DNA of 27,234 nucleotides from a virus. Lineage: Duplodnaviria; Caudoviricetes. Below are positions 1-8,106 of the stretch, piece by piece; the first letter of the stretch is position 1, and each line of letters starts with the position of its first letter. Under the pieces are notes generated by a model. It ran no database searches. It was not told where the DNA came from and saw only the letters and a program-made list of their open reading frames with translations. The translations under genes were made by a program, and so were the position numbers. The stretch covers positions 1 to 27,234 of the IMG/VR virus record IMGVR_UViG_3300021560_000911. One strand, written 5' to 3'.

Positions 1-1
1 C

Positions 2-2251
2 GAATGGAACGGCCCCACGGTGATGTGCATCGGCATCAACCCTGGTAGTCAAGAAGACCGAGAGGGCCGACCGTTCATCGGCCCCTCGGGTGCGATGCTC
101 AAGCACGCGCTGGAGACGGCAGGTATTCGCAGAGCGTTCCTGACCAACGCGTTCGGATGTTACGCGGAGCCCGACATGGAGTACGCCCGTGCCTGCGCCC
201 CACACCTCGATCAGGAGATCAAGGAGATCCAGCCGAAGTGGATCCTGGCCCTCGGCAACATCCCGCTGCAGCGGCTGCTAGGTCGCGGCACGGTCGGAGC
301 CATGTCGGGCAAAGAGGTATACAGCGAGAAGCATCAGGCGTGGATCCTGCCCGCGCCGCATCCCGCCGCGGTGCTGCGCAACATGGGCCGCGAGCCCTCG
401 TGGCTGGCGGACATCATGCGCTACGGACGTCTGATCCGCGGCGAGCTTGCCCCCCCGCCAAGCGTGCCGCCCGTGCAGGTCGAGCTCGTAGACACGTCGC
501 TGGCCCTGGTCAAGCTACGCCGCGAGATTCAGTCTAGCCCACTGGTGGCGTACGATTTCGAGACCAACGTCACGCCGTGGTGGTCGAAGGCCTTTGTGCC
601 ACTGACCATCGGCTTCGCCGTCGAGGGCAGCCACGCGTGGGTCGTACCTCTGTGTCACGAGGAGACCGACCCCGCGTGGCGCAGCATGATCTTGGGCTGG
701 TTGAGATCGTTGGGACTTGTCCAGGGGCTGGTCCACAACGGTGTCTTCGACGATCTGGTGTGGTTTCGGTTGACAGGCACGCTGCCCCGCCCGCGGTGGG
801 ACACCATGGTCGGGCTGCACCTGCTCGACGAGAACGCGCCCAAAGGCTTGAAGTGGGCGGGCCGCGCGCACCTGGGCTGGCCCGACTGGGACATCAACGC
901 CCGCAAGGCGCACTCGATCGCGGAACTGTATCCATACAACGGCTACGACGCCGCGGTGCTGCCGCTGCTGTACGAGCGCGAGATGGACATCCTGCGCGAA
1001 GACGCGTGGCTGGCCGCGTACGCCGAGACGGTCGAGATGCCCAAGCTGCGCGCACTCGAACGCATGCTTGCTCGAGGCATCTACGTCGACCGCTCGACGA
1101 CGGCCAGGCTCTTGCGTCAGGCGTGGCAGGAACGGGATGCCGCCGACCGCTCGGTGCCCATCGCGAACCCTGCCAGCCATCCACAAGTTGCGCAGTGGTT
1201 GTATCAAACTCTGGGGCTGCCTGTAATCTCGCAGGGCAAAAAGCACCCGTCAACCGCCGAAGCTATCGTGAATCGCCTCGCGCAGCAGTATCCAGAAGCG
1301 CGCAAGATCCTCGACTGCCGCCGCCCGCGCAAGAAGATCAGCACCTACTTTCACCCGATCTCCCGCGACACCAAGCGCAGCTTCGATGGGCGCTTCCACC
1401 CCGAGTACCGCACCACCTCGGTCGAGACTGGGCGGCTCTCCAGCTTTTTCCATACCACTCCCAGAGATACCACAGTCCGTCCCATCTTCAGCGCGCCGCC
1501 TGGTCACGCGCTGCTGCAGGCCGACTACCGTCAGATCGAAGCGCGGCTGTGCGCGTGGATGGCACTCGGCCAGCCCGAGACGTGGGACGTGGTGCCCAGG
1601 AATTCGATGCTGTGGGCCTTCCATCAAGGCGACGACATCTATCGGCTGTTCGCGGCGCTGGCGCTGATGAAGCACCCGCGGCTGATCACCAAGGACGACC
1701 GCCAGATCTTCGGCAAGGTGCCCGTGCTGGCGCAGTTGTATCAGATCTCGTGGCAGGGGCTGAAGGAGTACGCCTGGAAGTTCGGCGAGATCGAGTGGTC
1801 CGACGCCACCGCGCGCAAGCTGCACGACCTGTTCGAGCGCACCTTCCCCGAGTTCCCCGTGTGGCACCGCTTCGAAGCGATGAAGCTCAGGCAGCGCGGC
1901 TGGACACGCAGCCCTGTTGGCCGCATCCGCCGCCTGCCCGACGCGACCTACGGAAATCCAGAGGCGATCAGGTCCGGCCTGAACGCCCCACCGCAGTCGA
2001 TGGCCAGCGACATCACCCAGACGGCCATGGTGCTGCTCGACGAGATGGATCTGCGCATCGTCGGCAACGTGCACGACGCGCTGCTGTTCGAGACCGACGA
2101 CCCTGAACGTGACGCACCCGTGATCCGCAAGGTGATGACCGAGGACGCGCTCGAGGTCCTGGCACGGCTGGGGCTGCACCTGCCCGCGGGTTTGATCGAG
2201 GTTGAGATCACCGCGGGGCCGTGGGGGTTGGGCAAAGAGATTGCCGCGTAG
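2..2251 (+). CDS. polA: Family A DNA polymerase with N-terminal family-4 uracil-DNA glycosylase-like domain (5' partial)
   Basis: Frame is open from the window start (EWNGPTVMCIGINPG), so the true start is probably upstream. UDG-4-like motifs GINPG, GRPFIGPSG, TNAFGC, HPAAVLR. Exonuclease motifs YDFET, HNGVFDD, YNGYDA. Polymerase motifs TGRLSS, ADYRQIEAR (A), KVPVLAQLY (B), NAPPQSMASD, VHDALLFE (C). Confidence 0.93.
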   Translation, partial: EWNGPTVMCIGINPGSQEDREGRPFIGPSGAMLKHALETAGIRRAFLTNAFGCYAEPDMEYARACAPHLDQEIKEIQPKWILALGNIPLQRLLGRGTVGAMSGKEVYSEKHQAWILPAPHPAAVLRNMGREPSWLADIMRYGRLIRGELAPPPSVPPVQVELVDTSLALVKLRREIQSSPLVAYDFETNVTPWWSKAFVPLTIGFAVEGSHAWVVPLCHEETDPAWRSMILGWLRSLGLVQGLVHNGVFDDLVWFRLTGTLPRPRWDTMVGLHLLDENAPKGLKWAGRAHLGWPDWDINARKAHSIAELYPYNGYDAAVLPLLYEREMDILREDAWLAAYAETVEMPKLRALERMLARGIYVDRSTTARLLRQAWQERDAADRSVPIANPASHPQVAQWLYQTLGLPVISQGKKHPSTAEAIVNRLAQQYPEARKILDCRRPRKKISTYFHPISRDTKRSFDGRFHPEYRTTSVETGRLSSFFHTTPRDTTVRPIFSAPPGHALLQADYRQIEARLCAWMALGQPETWDVVPRNSMLWAFHQGDDIYRLFAALALMKHPRLITKDDRQIFGKVPVLAQLYQISWQGLKEYAWKFGEIEWSDATARKLHDLFERTFPEFPVWHRFEAMKLRQRGWTRSPVGRIRRLPDATYGNPEAIRSGLNAPPQSMASDITQTAMVLLDEMDLRIVGNVHDALLFETDDPERDAPVIRKVMTEDALEVLARLGLHLPAGLIEVEITAGPWGLGKEIAA

Positions 2252-2268
2252 TCAAGGCATCGGGACCC

Positions 2269-2298
2269 TTGACACGCCGCTTTCCGAGATGATACAGT
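2269..2298 (+). promoter_or_regulatory. Sigma70/SigA-type promoter, TTGACA-N18-TACAGT with extended -10 (TGn)
   Basis: TTGACA at 2269-2274, TG at 2290-2291 and TACAGT at 2293-2298, in an intergenic gap upstream of the AGGAG RBS of the 2341 gene. The same -35/-10 pair recurs at 4370-4398. Confidence 0.8.
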
Positions 2299-2340
2299 CA
2301 TCTCACTGTTGTTTTCGTTTCGATGTGAATAGGAGCCCGA

Positions 2341-3363
2341 ATGGATGATCTCGCACTCTCAACGAGTGCCTTTCGCGACGCTGCCCAGTGCCTGAAAAAG
2401 TACGAGTATCGCTGGGTAGAGGAACTGGTCCCACTGGCGCGTAACCAGTCGGAGGCCCTACGCAGGGGACTGTGGATCCACAGGTGCCTGGAGATGTCCG
2501 ACTGGGGTCAGGACTTCCAGCCCGAACTGGAACGGATGCTGGAGTGGGCCATTGGTCAGCAGGTGGATTCCGCCAAGGCGTACTCGCTCGCCTCGGAGGT
2601 TTCGGACCTGTGCAACGAGTACCTGCGGCACTGGTCCGAAGAACCCGACACGATGGGTCCGTGGCAGCTTGCTGGCACCGAGGTGCCCGTACAGTTTCAG
2701 CCCGCCGAAGGCGTGAAGCTGACGGCCACCGTTGACTGTCTCAAAAAGGACAACCAGGGTCGCCTCTGGATCTGGGAGCGGAAATGCCTCTCGGAGATCC
2801 CCGACTCGGACTGGCGTGGCGTCGATCCACAGACCATGCTCCAACTCGTGCTGCTGCGGACGGGGGAGCCCGTGATGGGTGTCGTGTTCGACTACGTGTG
2901 GACCAAGAATCCACCCGTTCTTCGAGTCAAAAAAGACGGCATGCTCTACTCGGGCGACGACGAGAAGCAGACCACCATGCGCCGCCTCGCGGAGGCGCTG
3001 CCAGAGATCAGGCGCAACTGGCGACCCCACCTCGACTTCCCGACGCCTGACGCCTACGTGCAGTGGCTGTACGGGCGCGTCATCGCTGACGGCCTGTGGT
3101 TCCAGCGGTACCCGACCCTCAGAGGGGACGCGCACCTGCTTGAGAATATGCAGGATGTGGCTGACACGGTGCGCGCCATCGTCGAAGCCCGCAGGCGGGG
3201 CCATTATCGCAGGGCCTGGCACCCGCTGTTCTGCCCGCGCTTCTGCCCGTACATGAAGCTGTGCGCCAACGAGTATCAGCTAGGTCAGCGTAACGAAGCT
3301 ATGCGCACGACCCTATTCGCTCACGCCGACCAGAACATGTGGGATCAAGGGAGATCAAATTGA
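2341..3363 (+). CDS. PD-(D/E)XK exonuclease, Cas4/AddB-like, with probable Fe-S cluster
   Basis: N-terminal QCLKKYEYRW, GLWIHRCLE, E...VDCL...WERK catalytic pattern and C-terminal CPRFCPYMKLC, giving a split 1+3 Cys arrangement. AGGAG RBS. Lies next to a Sak4-like ATPase. Confidence 0.85.
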   Translation: MDDLALSTSAFRDAAQCLKKYEYRWVEELVPLARNQSEALRRGLWIHRCLEMSDWGQDFQPELERMLEWAIGQQVDSAKAYSLASEVSDLCNEYLRHWSEEPDTMGPWQLAGTEVPVQFQPAEGVKLTATVDCLKKDNQGRLWIWERKCLSEIPDSDWRGVDPQTMLQLVLLRTGEPVMGVVFDYVWTKNPPVLRVKKDGMLYSGDDEKQTTMRRLAEALPEIRRNWRPHLDFPTPDAYVQWLYGRVIADGLWFQRYPTLRGDAHLLENMQDVADTVRAIVEARRRGHYRRAWHPLFCPRFCPYMKLCANEYQLGQRNEAMRTTLFAHADQNMWDQGRSN

Positions 3364-3524
3364 CGAAAAACGAACTGGCTGAGGGCCTGCGCTCCTGGCT
3401 ACTCAACGGCGACGAGACGCTGCCCGATCTGGATCGCGTCGGAGCGCTGGCCGTAAAGGGTTACTTCGAGATCGTGATGCAGGGTAAGCGCTTCTCGATC
3501 ACCGTCAAAGACATGGAGGACTGA
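3360..3524 (+). CDS. Small hypothetical protein (54 aa)
   Basis: TTG start at 3360 overlaps the upstream TGA (TTGA) and is preceded by AAGGGAG. Fills the gap exactly up to the next gene. Confidence 0.7.
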   Translation: MTKNELAEGLRSWLLNGDETLPDLDRVGALAVKGYFEIVMQGKRFSITVKDMED

Positions 3525-4373
3525 TTGCCACTAACCATTCTTCAACCTGAACAGGTGATGGCCCTCAGCCACCTCCGCGCGGGCATCTATGGCCGCAACG
3601 GGGTCGGCAAGTCGACGCTGGGGGCCTCGATCACGGGCATCAACGTGCTCGTCGTGAGCGTCGACGACGAGAACATCCGCCCGTACATCAACAAGCCCAA
3701 CATCCGCGTGGCCAAGATCCGCCGCTGGCGGGACGTGATCGACGTCTACGACGTGGTCGCCAACCCCAAGAACAAGATCCAGGCGCTGGTGTGGGACACG
3801 TGGTCTCGAGTGCAGGACCTGGCGCTGGGGCACGTGTGCGCTTACGAGCCCGCGGATCCCGCCAAGCTGCGCGAGTACATCGAGCGCATCCCCAAATCGC
3901 CGCAGGACTGGCGCGGCTGGAATCAGGTCGGCGCGCTGTGCTCCGAGTGGCAGCGCAACTTCAACGTGCTGCCCGTGCACACGCTGTACCTGATGCAGGA
4001 GAACGATCGCGAGCAGCGCTACGACGACACGGTGCAGACGGGCCCGCGGCTGACGCCGTACGCCCTGCTGGGCATCCGCGATTCGGTCGAACTTCTGGGG
4101 CGGCTGTACGTGGATGTGGACAAGGCCCCACAGGGGGGTGAGGCGGGCGAAGTCGCACCTGCCCTGCCAGAGATCGACCTGCCCGACGCGCACAACTCGA
4201 AGATCCCCGAGGCTGCCGTCGAGGTGCGCAAGCTGTTTATCGGCCAGCACGACCGCTACATCGCCAAGGGACCCGTGCACATTCTCGGACGTATTGTGAG
4301 GAACCCTACATGGCAGACGCTGACGGAACCGCTGTTCCATCAGAATGGCCAGGTGGTGCCGACGTCCGCTTGA
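3525..4373 (+). CDS. sak4: Sak4-like P-loop ATPase / single-strand annealing recombinase (AAA_24 type)
   Basis: Walker A GRNGVGKS and Walker B ALVWDT. GGAGGA RBS before the TTG start. Position between an exonuclease and an SSB is typical of Sak4 modules. Confidence 0.8.
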   Translation: MPLTILQPEQVMALSHLRAGIYGRNGVGKSTLGASITGINVLVVSVDDENIRPYINKPNIRVAKIRRWRDVIDVYDVVANPKNKIQALVWDTWSRVQDLALGHVCAYEPADPAKLREYIERIPKSPQDWRGWNQVGALCSEWQRNFNVLPVHTLYLMQENDREQRYDDTVQTGPRLTPYALLGIRDSVELLGRLYVDVDKAPQGGEAGEVAPALPEIDLPDAHNSKIPEAAVEVRKLFIGQHDRYIAKGPVHILGRIVRNPTWQTLTEPLFHQNGQVVPTSA

Positions 4374-4398
4374 CAACGGTGTATCATTCTGGTACAGT
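4370..4398 (+). promoter_or_regulatory. Sigma70/SigA-type promoter, TTGACA-N17-TACAGT with extended -10
   Basis: TTGACA at 4370-4375 (overlapping the ATPase stop codon), TG at 4390-4391 and TACAGT at 4393-4398. Hexamers identical to the 2269 promoter. Confidence 0.75.
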
Positions 4399-4525
4399 AC
4401 AGGTCAACGTCGAAATCATCTGGCACGCCCCGTCACTGGACATGGCGCTGCGAGCCATCAAGTGGTTGGCACCTGACGCCACCCCGATCCTTCGTCAGGA
4501 CGTGATTAGCTGAAAAGGAGCACTC

Positions 4526-5161
4526 ATGCCGTTTCAGGGTTACAAGCTCGACGACTCGTTCACTCGTACGGAGCCTGGTCGTCCACGTCTGCCGCAGGGC
4601 TACTTCCGCGCCCAGATCGTGGCCGTACGTCCCACGCCCAAGGACTACGACCGCACGCCTGGCTACAACGTCGACTTCAAAATCGTCGAAGGTCCCACCA
4701 GCGCACCAGGCGCGGGTGTCGGTCGCACCATCAGCCGCTACAACAGCATGGGCGGCAAAGAGGGCTCGCAGTTCGGTATGGCGGGCACCATGGGCGCGGC
4801 GGGTCAGGGCGACGTCGCCAAGGCACTGCGGGCCGACCCGCGCTACAACAACGTGCAGACCTGGGAGCTACACGCGCAGATCGGCAAATTCATCGAAACC
4901 AAGATCGCGGGTAAGTTCGTGGTGCTGACCGTCGTCGACGAGGTTTCGCAGCAGGGTCGCCCGTTCTCCAGCGTGCTGGAGGTTCAGGCGGACGACAACT
5001 GGGACACGCTCAAGGGCACGCCGCTCATCGGCGGCAGCGGACCCAGCGCACCAGGCGGTGTGCCTGCCTCGCCCAACGGCCCCACCAACCCGCCCATGAG
5101 CATGGCCGAAGCGGTCGCGGGTATGTTCGAAGACGTCGGGGAGCCCGCCGCGGCTGGCTGA
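4526..5161 (+). CDS. Phage single-stranded DNA-binding protein (DUF669-like OB fold), probable
   Basis: LPQGYFRAQIVAV...YNVDFKIVEGP...GRTISRY pattern, then a Pro/Gly linker and an acidic tail (MFEDVGE). AAGGAG RBS. Follows the Sak4-like gene. Confidence 0.7.
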   Translation: MPFQGYKLDDSFTRTEPGRPRLPQGYFRAQIVAVRPTPKDYDRTPGYNVDFKIVEGPTSAPGAGVGRTISRYNSMGGKEGSQFGMAGTMGAAGQGDVAKALRADPRYNNVQTWELHAQIGKFIETKIAGKFVVLTVVDEVSQQGRPFSSVLEVQADDNWDTLKGTPLIGGSGPSAPGGVPASPNGPTNPPMSMAEAVAGMFEDVGEPAAAG

Positions 5162-5969
5162 GAAGCAACTACGCCAGCGCATTCGCGAGGCCATTCGCCA
5201 TCACCATCCGACCGCGCTGGTGGTGGGTTGGCCCGCGAACGCCTGGACGGGTGAGGGCTGGCCTGACCTTCTTGTCTGGCTGAGCCCAAACCTGTTCGGG
5301 TTCGAAGTCAAGCAAGGCAAGGGACGTGCCACCGAACGCCAGCTTTCCCGCTTGATCTACCTGCGCAAACACCACGTGTGGGCCTACATCGTTCGCAGCC
5401 CGCACGACGCCCTCACGGTCATGAAAGGAGTCATCGAAGGAACCATGACCTTCAACGAAGACCTGCTCGCGGAGCTAGACGCCGCGCTGCTGGGGGGACC
5501 TGTGGAGGCACCCGCCGCCACCGCATCCCCCACCGAACCTGTACCCCTGGAGCTCGAGCCGCTGCCCTTCGACGACGTCGACCTTGTCGCTCAGGCCCAG
5601 GCGCAACTCAAGACCCCCGAGCACCAGCATGCGGTCGACGTGGTCATGAACGGCGTAGCCGAACCACAGCCTAGCATTCAGGAAGAAGCCGACGCCGCCT
5701 ACGAGGCGCAACTCAAGCAGGAGCAGACGGTTGAGCGCGAGGTGATCGAGGCCGTCGAAGTCATCGGCAACGCCGTCGGCAACCTGGCGCTCAATCGCCT
5801 GGCCGACGCCGCCGAAGCCATCGTGCTGGAGCTTCAGATGCTGCGCAAGGCGCTGCAGCCCATCGTCGAGGCCGAGCCCGTGATGACTTCTTCGGCCCCC
5901 GCACCGCGGCGTCGGCTGCGCGGCGGTAAGAACGCCCTCGAGCCCGAGCCCGCTACGGAATCAGACTGA
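5154..5969 (+). CDS. VRR-NUC nuclease (Holliday-junction-resolvase-like) with acidic C-terminal extension; probable CTG start and internal start at 5445
   Basis: EKQLRQRIREAI...GWPDLLVWL...FGFEVKQGKGRATERQ...AYIVRS is a VRR-NUC signature. Its conserved N-terminal helix lies upstream of the ORF-track GTG at 5220. The in-frame CTG at 5154 follows GGGGAG. The C-terminal half is acidic and low complexity. Confidence 0.8.
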   Translation: MAEKQLRQRIREAIRHHHPTALVVGWPANAWTGEGWPDLLVWLSPNLFGFEVKQGKGRATERQLSRLIYLRKHHVWAYIVRSPHDALTVMKGVIEGTMTFNEDLLAELDAALLGGPVEAPAATASPTEPVPLELEPLPFDDVDLVAQAQAQLKTPEHQHAVDVVMNGVAEPQPSIQEEADAAYEAQLKQEQTVEREVIEAVEVIGNAVGNLALNRLADAAEAIVLELQMLRKALQPIVEAEPVMTSSAPAPRRRLRGGKNALEPEPATESD

Positions 5970-6207
5970 CCAGGCGCGGCACGACAACCAACAGCATGAT
6001 GATCGCCGCCACGCCGCCGAACAGCAGCAGGCCCACGGTTGACACGCGGGCCTCCCAGCGGTCGGCGGTCGTCTCGCGCAAGCGCGTGTATTCGATCGCC
6101 AGCGACAGCGCCAGGCGTACCCCCGAGCGGCGCGGGTCAGAAGGCGACGGCTCCGTCGACTCGCTGGGCGTCTCTCGGGGATTCGGTTGCGGTGGTGACG
6201 TCGTCAT
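5953..6207 (-). CDS. Small membrane protein (holin-like?)
   Basis: C-terminal hydrophobic segment VGLLLFGGVAAIIMLLVVVP and last gene of the virion arm. The start is uncertain: no clear RBS and a 71-nt overlap with the upstream gene. Confidence 0.5.
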   Translation of the reverse strand: MTTSPPQPNPRETPSESTEPSPSDPRRSGVRLALSLAIEYTRLRETTADRWEARVSTVGLLLFGGVAAIIMLLVVVPRLVSLIP

Positions 6208-6499
6208 AGAACTGCACGAAACGGCGGTCGACGACTCCCCACGGCATCTTCTCGACCTTGAGCTTCAGGAACTCCCAGTCGGCGTCCTCCAGTTCGAGGA
6301 CGTCGCGGGCCTTGTCCAGCGCATCCAGCACGCGGATGGCCTTGCGCATCTCGTCGATGGTCGCGCCCGTGGTGCGGTCCAGCGGCACGCGCAGCGACTG
6401 GTCGATGATCAGGCGGTAGTCGACACGGTTGGCCTCGTAGCCCTCAGCGCCCAGCGGGAAGCGCGGGTCGGGCAGGCTCAGCAGTGCGATGCGTTTCAC
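6137..6499 (-). CDS. Hypothetical protein downstream of the tail fibre (120 aa)
   Basis: GTG start at 6499 with AGGAGG (6507-6512) 7 nt upstream. Helical, charged sequence. The longer ORF-track version overlaps the tail fibre gene. Confidence 0.8.
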   Translation of the reverse strand: MKRIALLSLPDPRFPLGAEGYEANRVDYRLIIDQSLRVPLDRTTGATIDEMRKAIRVLDALDKARDVLELEDADWEFLKLKVEKMPWGVVDRRFVQFYDDVTTATESPRDAQRVDGAVAF

Positions 6500-6510
6500 G
6501 TGAAAACCTC

Positions 6511-8106
6511 CTAGATGCCGAACGCCGCGCAGCGCGCGTTCAGGTCGCGCAGCGCACCCCACAGTAGGGCACACATGTTGGGGTAGCTGACCGCCACGGG
6601 CGAGCCCGTGCTGTCGAGGGCGACGAACTCGGGGTTGTGCAGGTACACGTCGGTGGCCATGAAGCCGATGTCGGTCGGCGTCGGCGCGGGGAAGCCGCCT
6701 GAGACGGGCGGGGTGAGTTGATAGCTGTACACGGGCAGCGAGGTGTCTTTGACGCGCGTCGTGCACGCCGCGTCGCTCATCAGCGCCGCGCCCGCCTTGG
6801 CGTTGGGGTCCGAGGTCTGGATGAAGCCCATGCCGTGCACCCAGGTGCCCGCGGTGATGTCGCCGTCGCAGTACAGACGGATAGAGATGTGCACCTCGCC
6901 GCCGCCGTACGTCGACGCCGAGCGGTTGCTGGCGGCAATCTCGCGGATGGTCTGTCCACCCCCCTGTGGGTCGTTGGGGGTATACAGCACCAGCGGGCTG
7001 TCCTGAAGCCAGAAGCCGTCCGAGTTAATGGAGACGAGCGGGTGGTTTGCGCCCGCAATGGGGCTGGCAGGCCGCTGCAGCATCGCCGTGCCGTCAGCGC
7101 CGAAGAACAGGTTGGCGGGCGAGTTGTTGATCATGAAGTCGCCGTTGGTCTGGATACGTCCCGCCGCGACGATGTAACTGCTGGTGTTGACCGCGCCGCT
7201 GATAGACACATTGCCCGTGGCGGTCAGATTGCCCGTGGATAGTCCACCTGGCACATTCAGCGCCGAGGTCGGCAACTGATAGCTGTTGCCGTCGAAGCCG
7301 ATGTAGTGGCTGGCGTTGGCCAGGAACACGTAGCCCGTGCCGTTGTTGCGGTTGGCGTTCAGGTCGCCCACGCCGCCCGAAATGACGGGCCCCGCGGCGA
7401 TCCAGCCGTTGGGGCAGTAGATGTCTGGGCCGTTGACGGTCAGCGTGCTCGCCACGGTCAGCGGCCCCGAGGAGATGTTCAGCCCGCCCGAGCCCGTGTC
7501 CATGATGATACCGTTGCCGCCGCCCGCGGAGCGCAGGTACAGCGAGCCGTTGCTGGCCTGCACCACGCCGTTGGAGCCGTCAGTGGTATAGAGCCAGCGC
7601 GCGTGGATGTCCTGCGTCACGGTGAATGAGCCGCCGACGGTCAGGTTGCCCGAGAAAGTGCCGTTGCCGACCGAACTGAACGTGCCTGGCGCGTTCAAGC
7701 TCAGCCCCGTGGCGATGATGGTGCCCGCCGTCTCCAGATGCGGCGAGACCAGCAGGCCCGCGGTGTCGGTGCTGTGGCCGTTCTGCGTGCCTATTCTGGA
7801 CAGGAAGGTGTCCTGCGCCGAGGTACCCCCCGCGCCCCAGCCGAACGCGCCGTAGGCCGCGAATCCGAACGTCGGCGTCAACGAGGAGGGGTTGGGGTAC
7901 AGGTTGATCAGGTTGCTGGTCTGCGAGGGTGCACCGTACAGCGAGAGCGCCGCGGTGCTGGCTCCCTGCGTGCCGCCCACCGAGAGTGCGTTCTTGAAGG
8001 TGATCGGCTGGTCGGTCATCACCCCCGTGAACAGGTCGACAAACTGTTTCATATCCGCCGAGCGGATGGGTCCCTGTGTGACGAAATCGGTTGCAGAGAG
8101 CGGCAT
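6511..8106 (-). CDS. Tail fibre/spike with C-terminal intramolecular chaperone (peptidase S74)
   Basis: G/N/T/S-rich beta repeats (GNLTVGGSFTV, GNLTATGNVSISG). C-terminal SDPNAK autocleavage motif, then IGFMATDV...PEFV...VSYPNMCALLWGALRDL coil. Confidence 0.88.
   Translation of the reverse strand: MPLSATDFVTQGPIRSADMKQFVDLFTGVMTDQPITFKNALSVGGTQGASTAALSLYGAPSQTSNLINLYPNPSSLTPTFGFAAYGAFGWGAGGTSAQDTFLSRIGTQNGHSTDTAGLLVSPHLETAGTIIATGLSLNAPGTFSSVGNGTFSGNLTVGGSFTVTQDIHARWLYTTDGSNGVVQASNGSLYLRSAGGGNGIIMDTGSGGLNISSGPLTVASTLTVNGPDIYCPNGWIAAGPVISGGVGDLNANRNNGTGYVFLANASHYIGFDGNSYQLPTSALNVPGGLSTGNLTATGNVSISGAVNTSSYIVAAGRIQTNGDFMINNSPANLFFGADGTAMLQRPASPIAGANHPLVSINSDGFWLQDSPLVLYTPNDPQGGGQTIREIAASNRSASTYGGGEVHISIRLYCDGDITAGTWVHGMGFIQTSDPNAKAGAALMSDAACTTRVKDTSLPVYSYQLTPPVSGGFPAPTPTDIGFMATDVYLHNPEFVALDSTGSPVAVSYPNMCALLWGALRDLNARCAAFGI

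Noticed and set aside
577-2106. 509-aa alternative-frame ORF inside the polymerase
   Set aside because: Off-frame GC artefact. The polymerase frame carries all the motifs.
2341-3363. CRISPR-Cas interpretation of the Cas4-like gene
   Set aside because: No repeat-spacer array or other cas genes were seen, and the context is a standard exonuclease-Sak4-SSB recombination module.
4400-4510. tRNA in the multi-hairpin SSB leader
   Set aside because: No canonical T-loop, D-loop, anticodon arm spacing or CCA end.
4698-5057. 15-bp direct repeat CCAGCGCACCAGGCG twice in the SSB gene
   Set aside because: Both copies encode SAPG in frame, so the repeat is explained by the peptide sequence and CCGG-avoiding codon choice.
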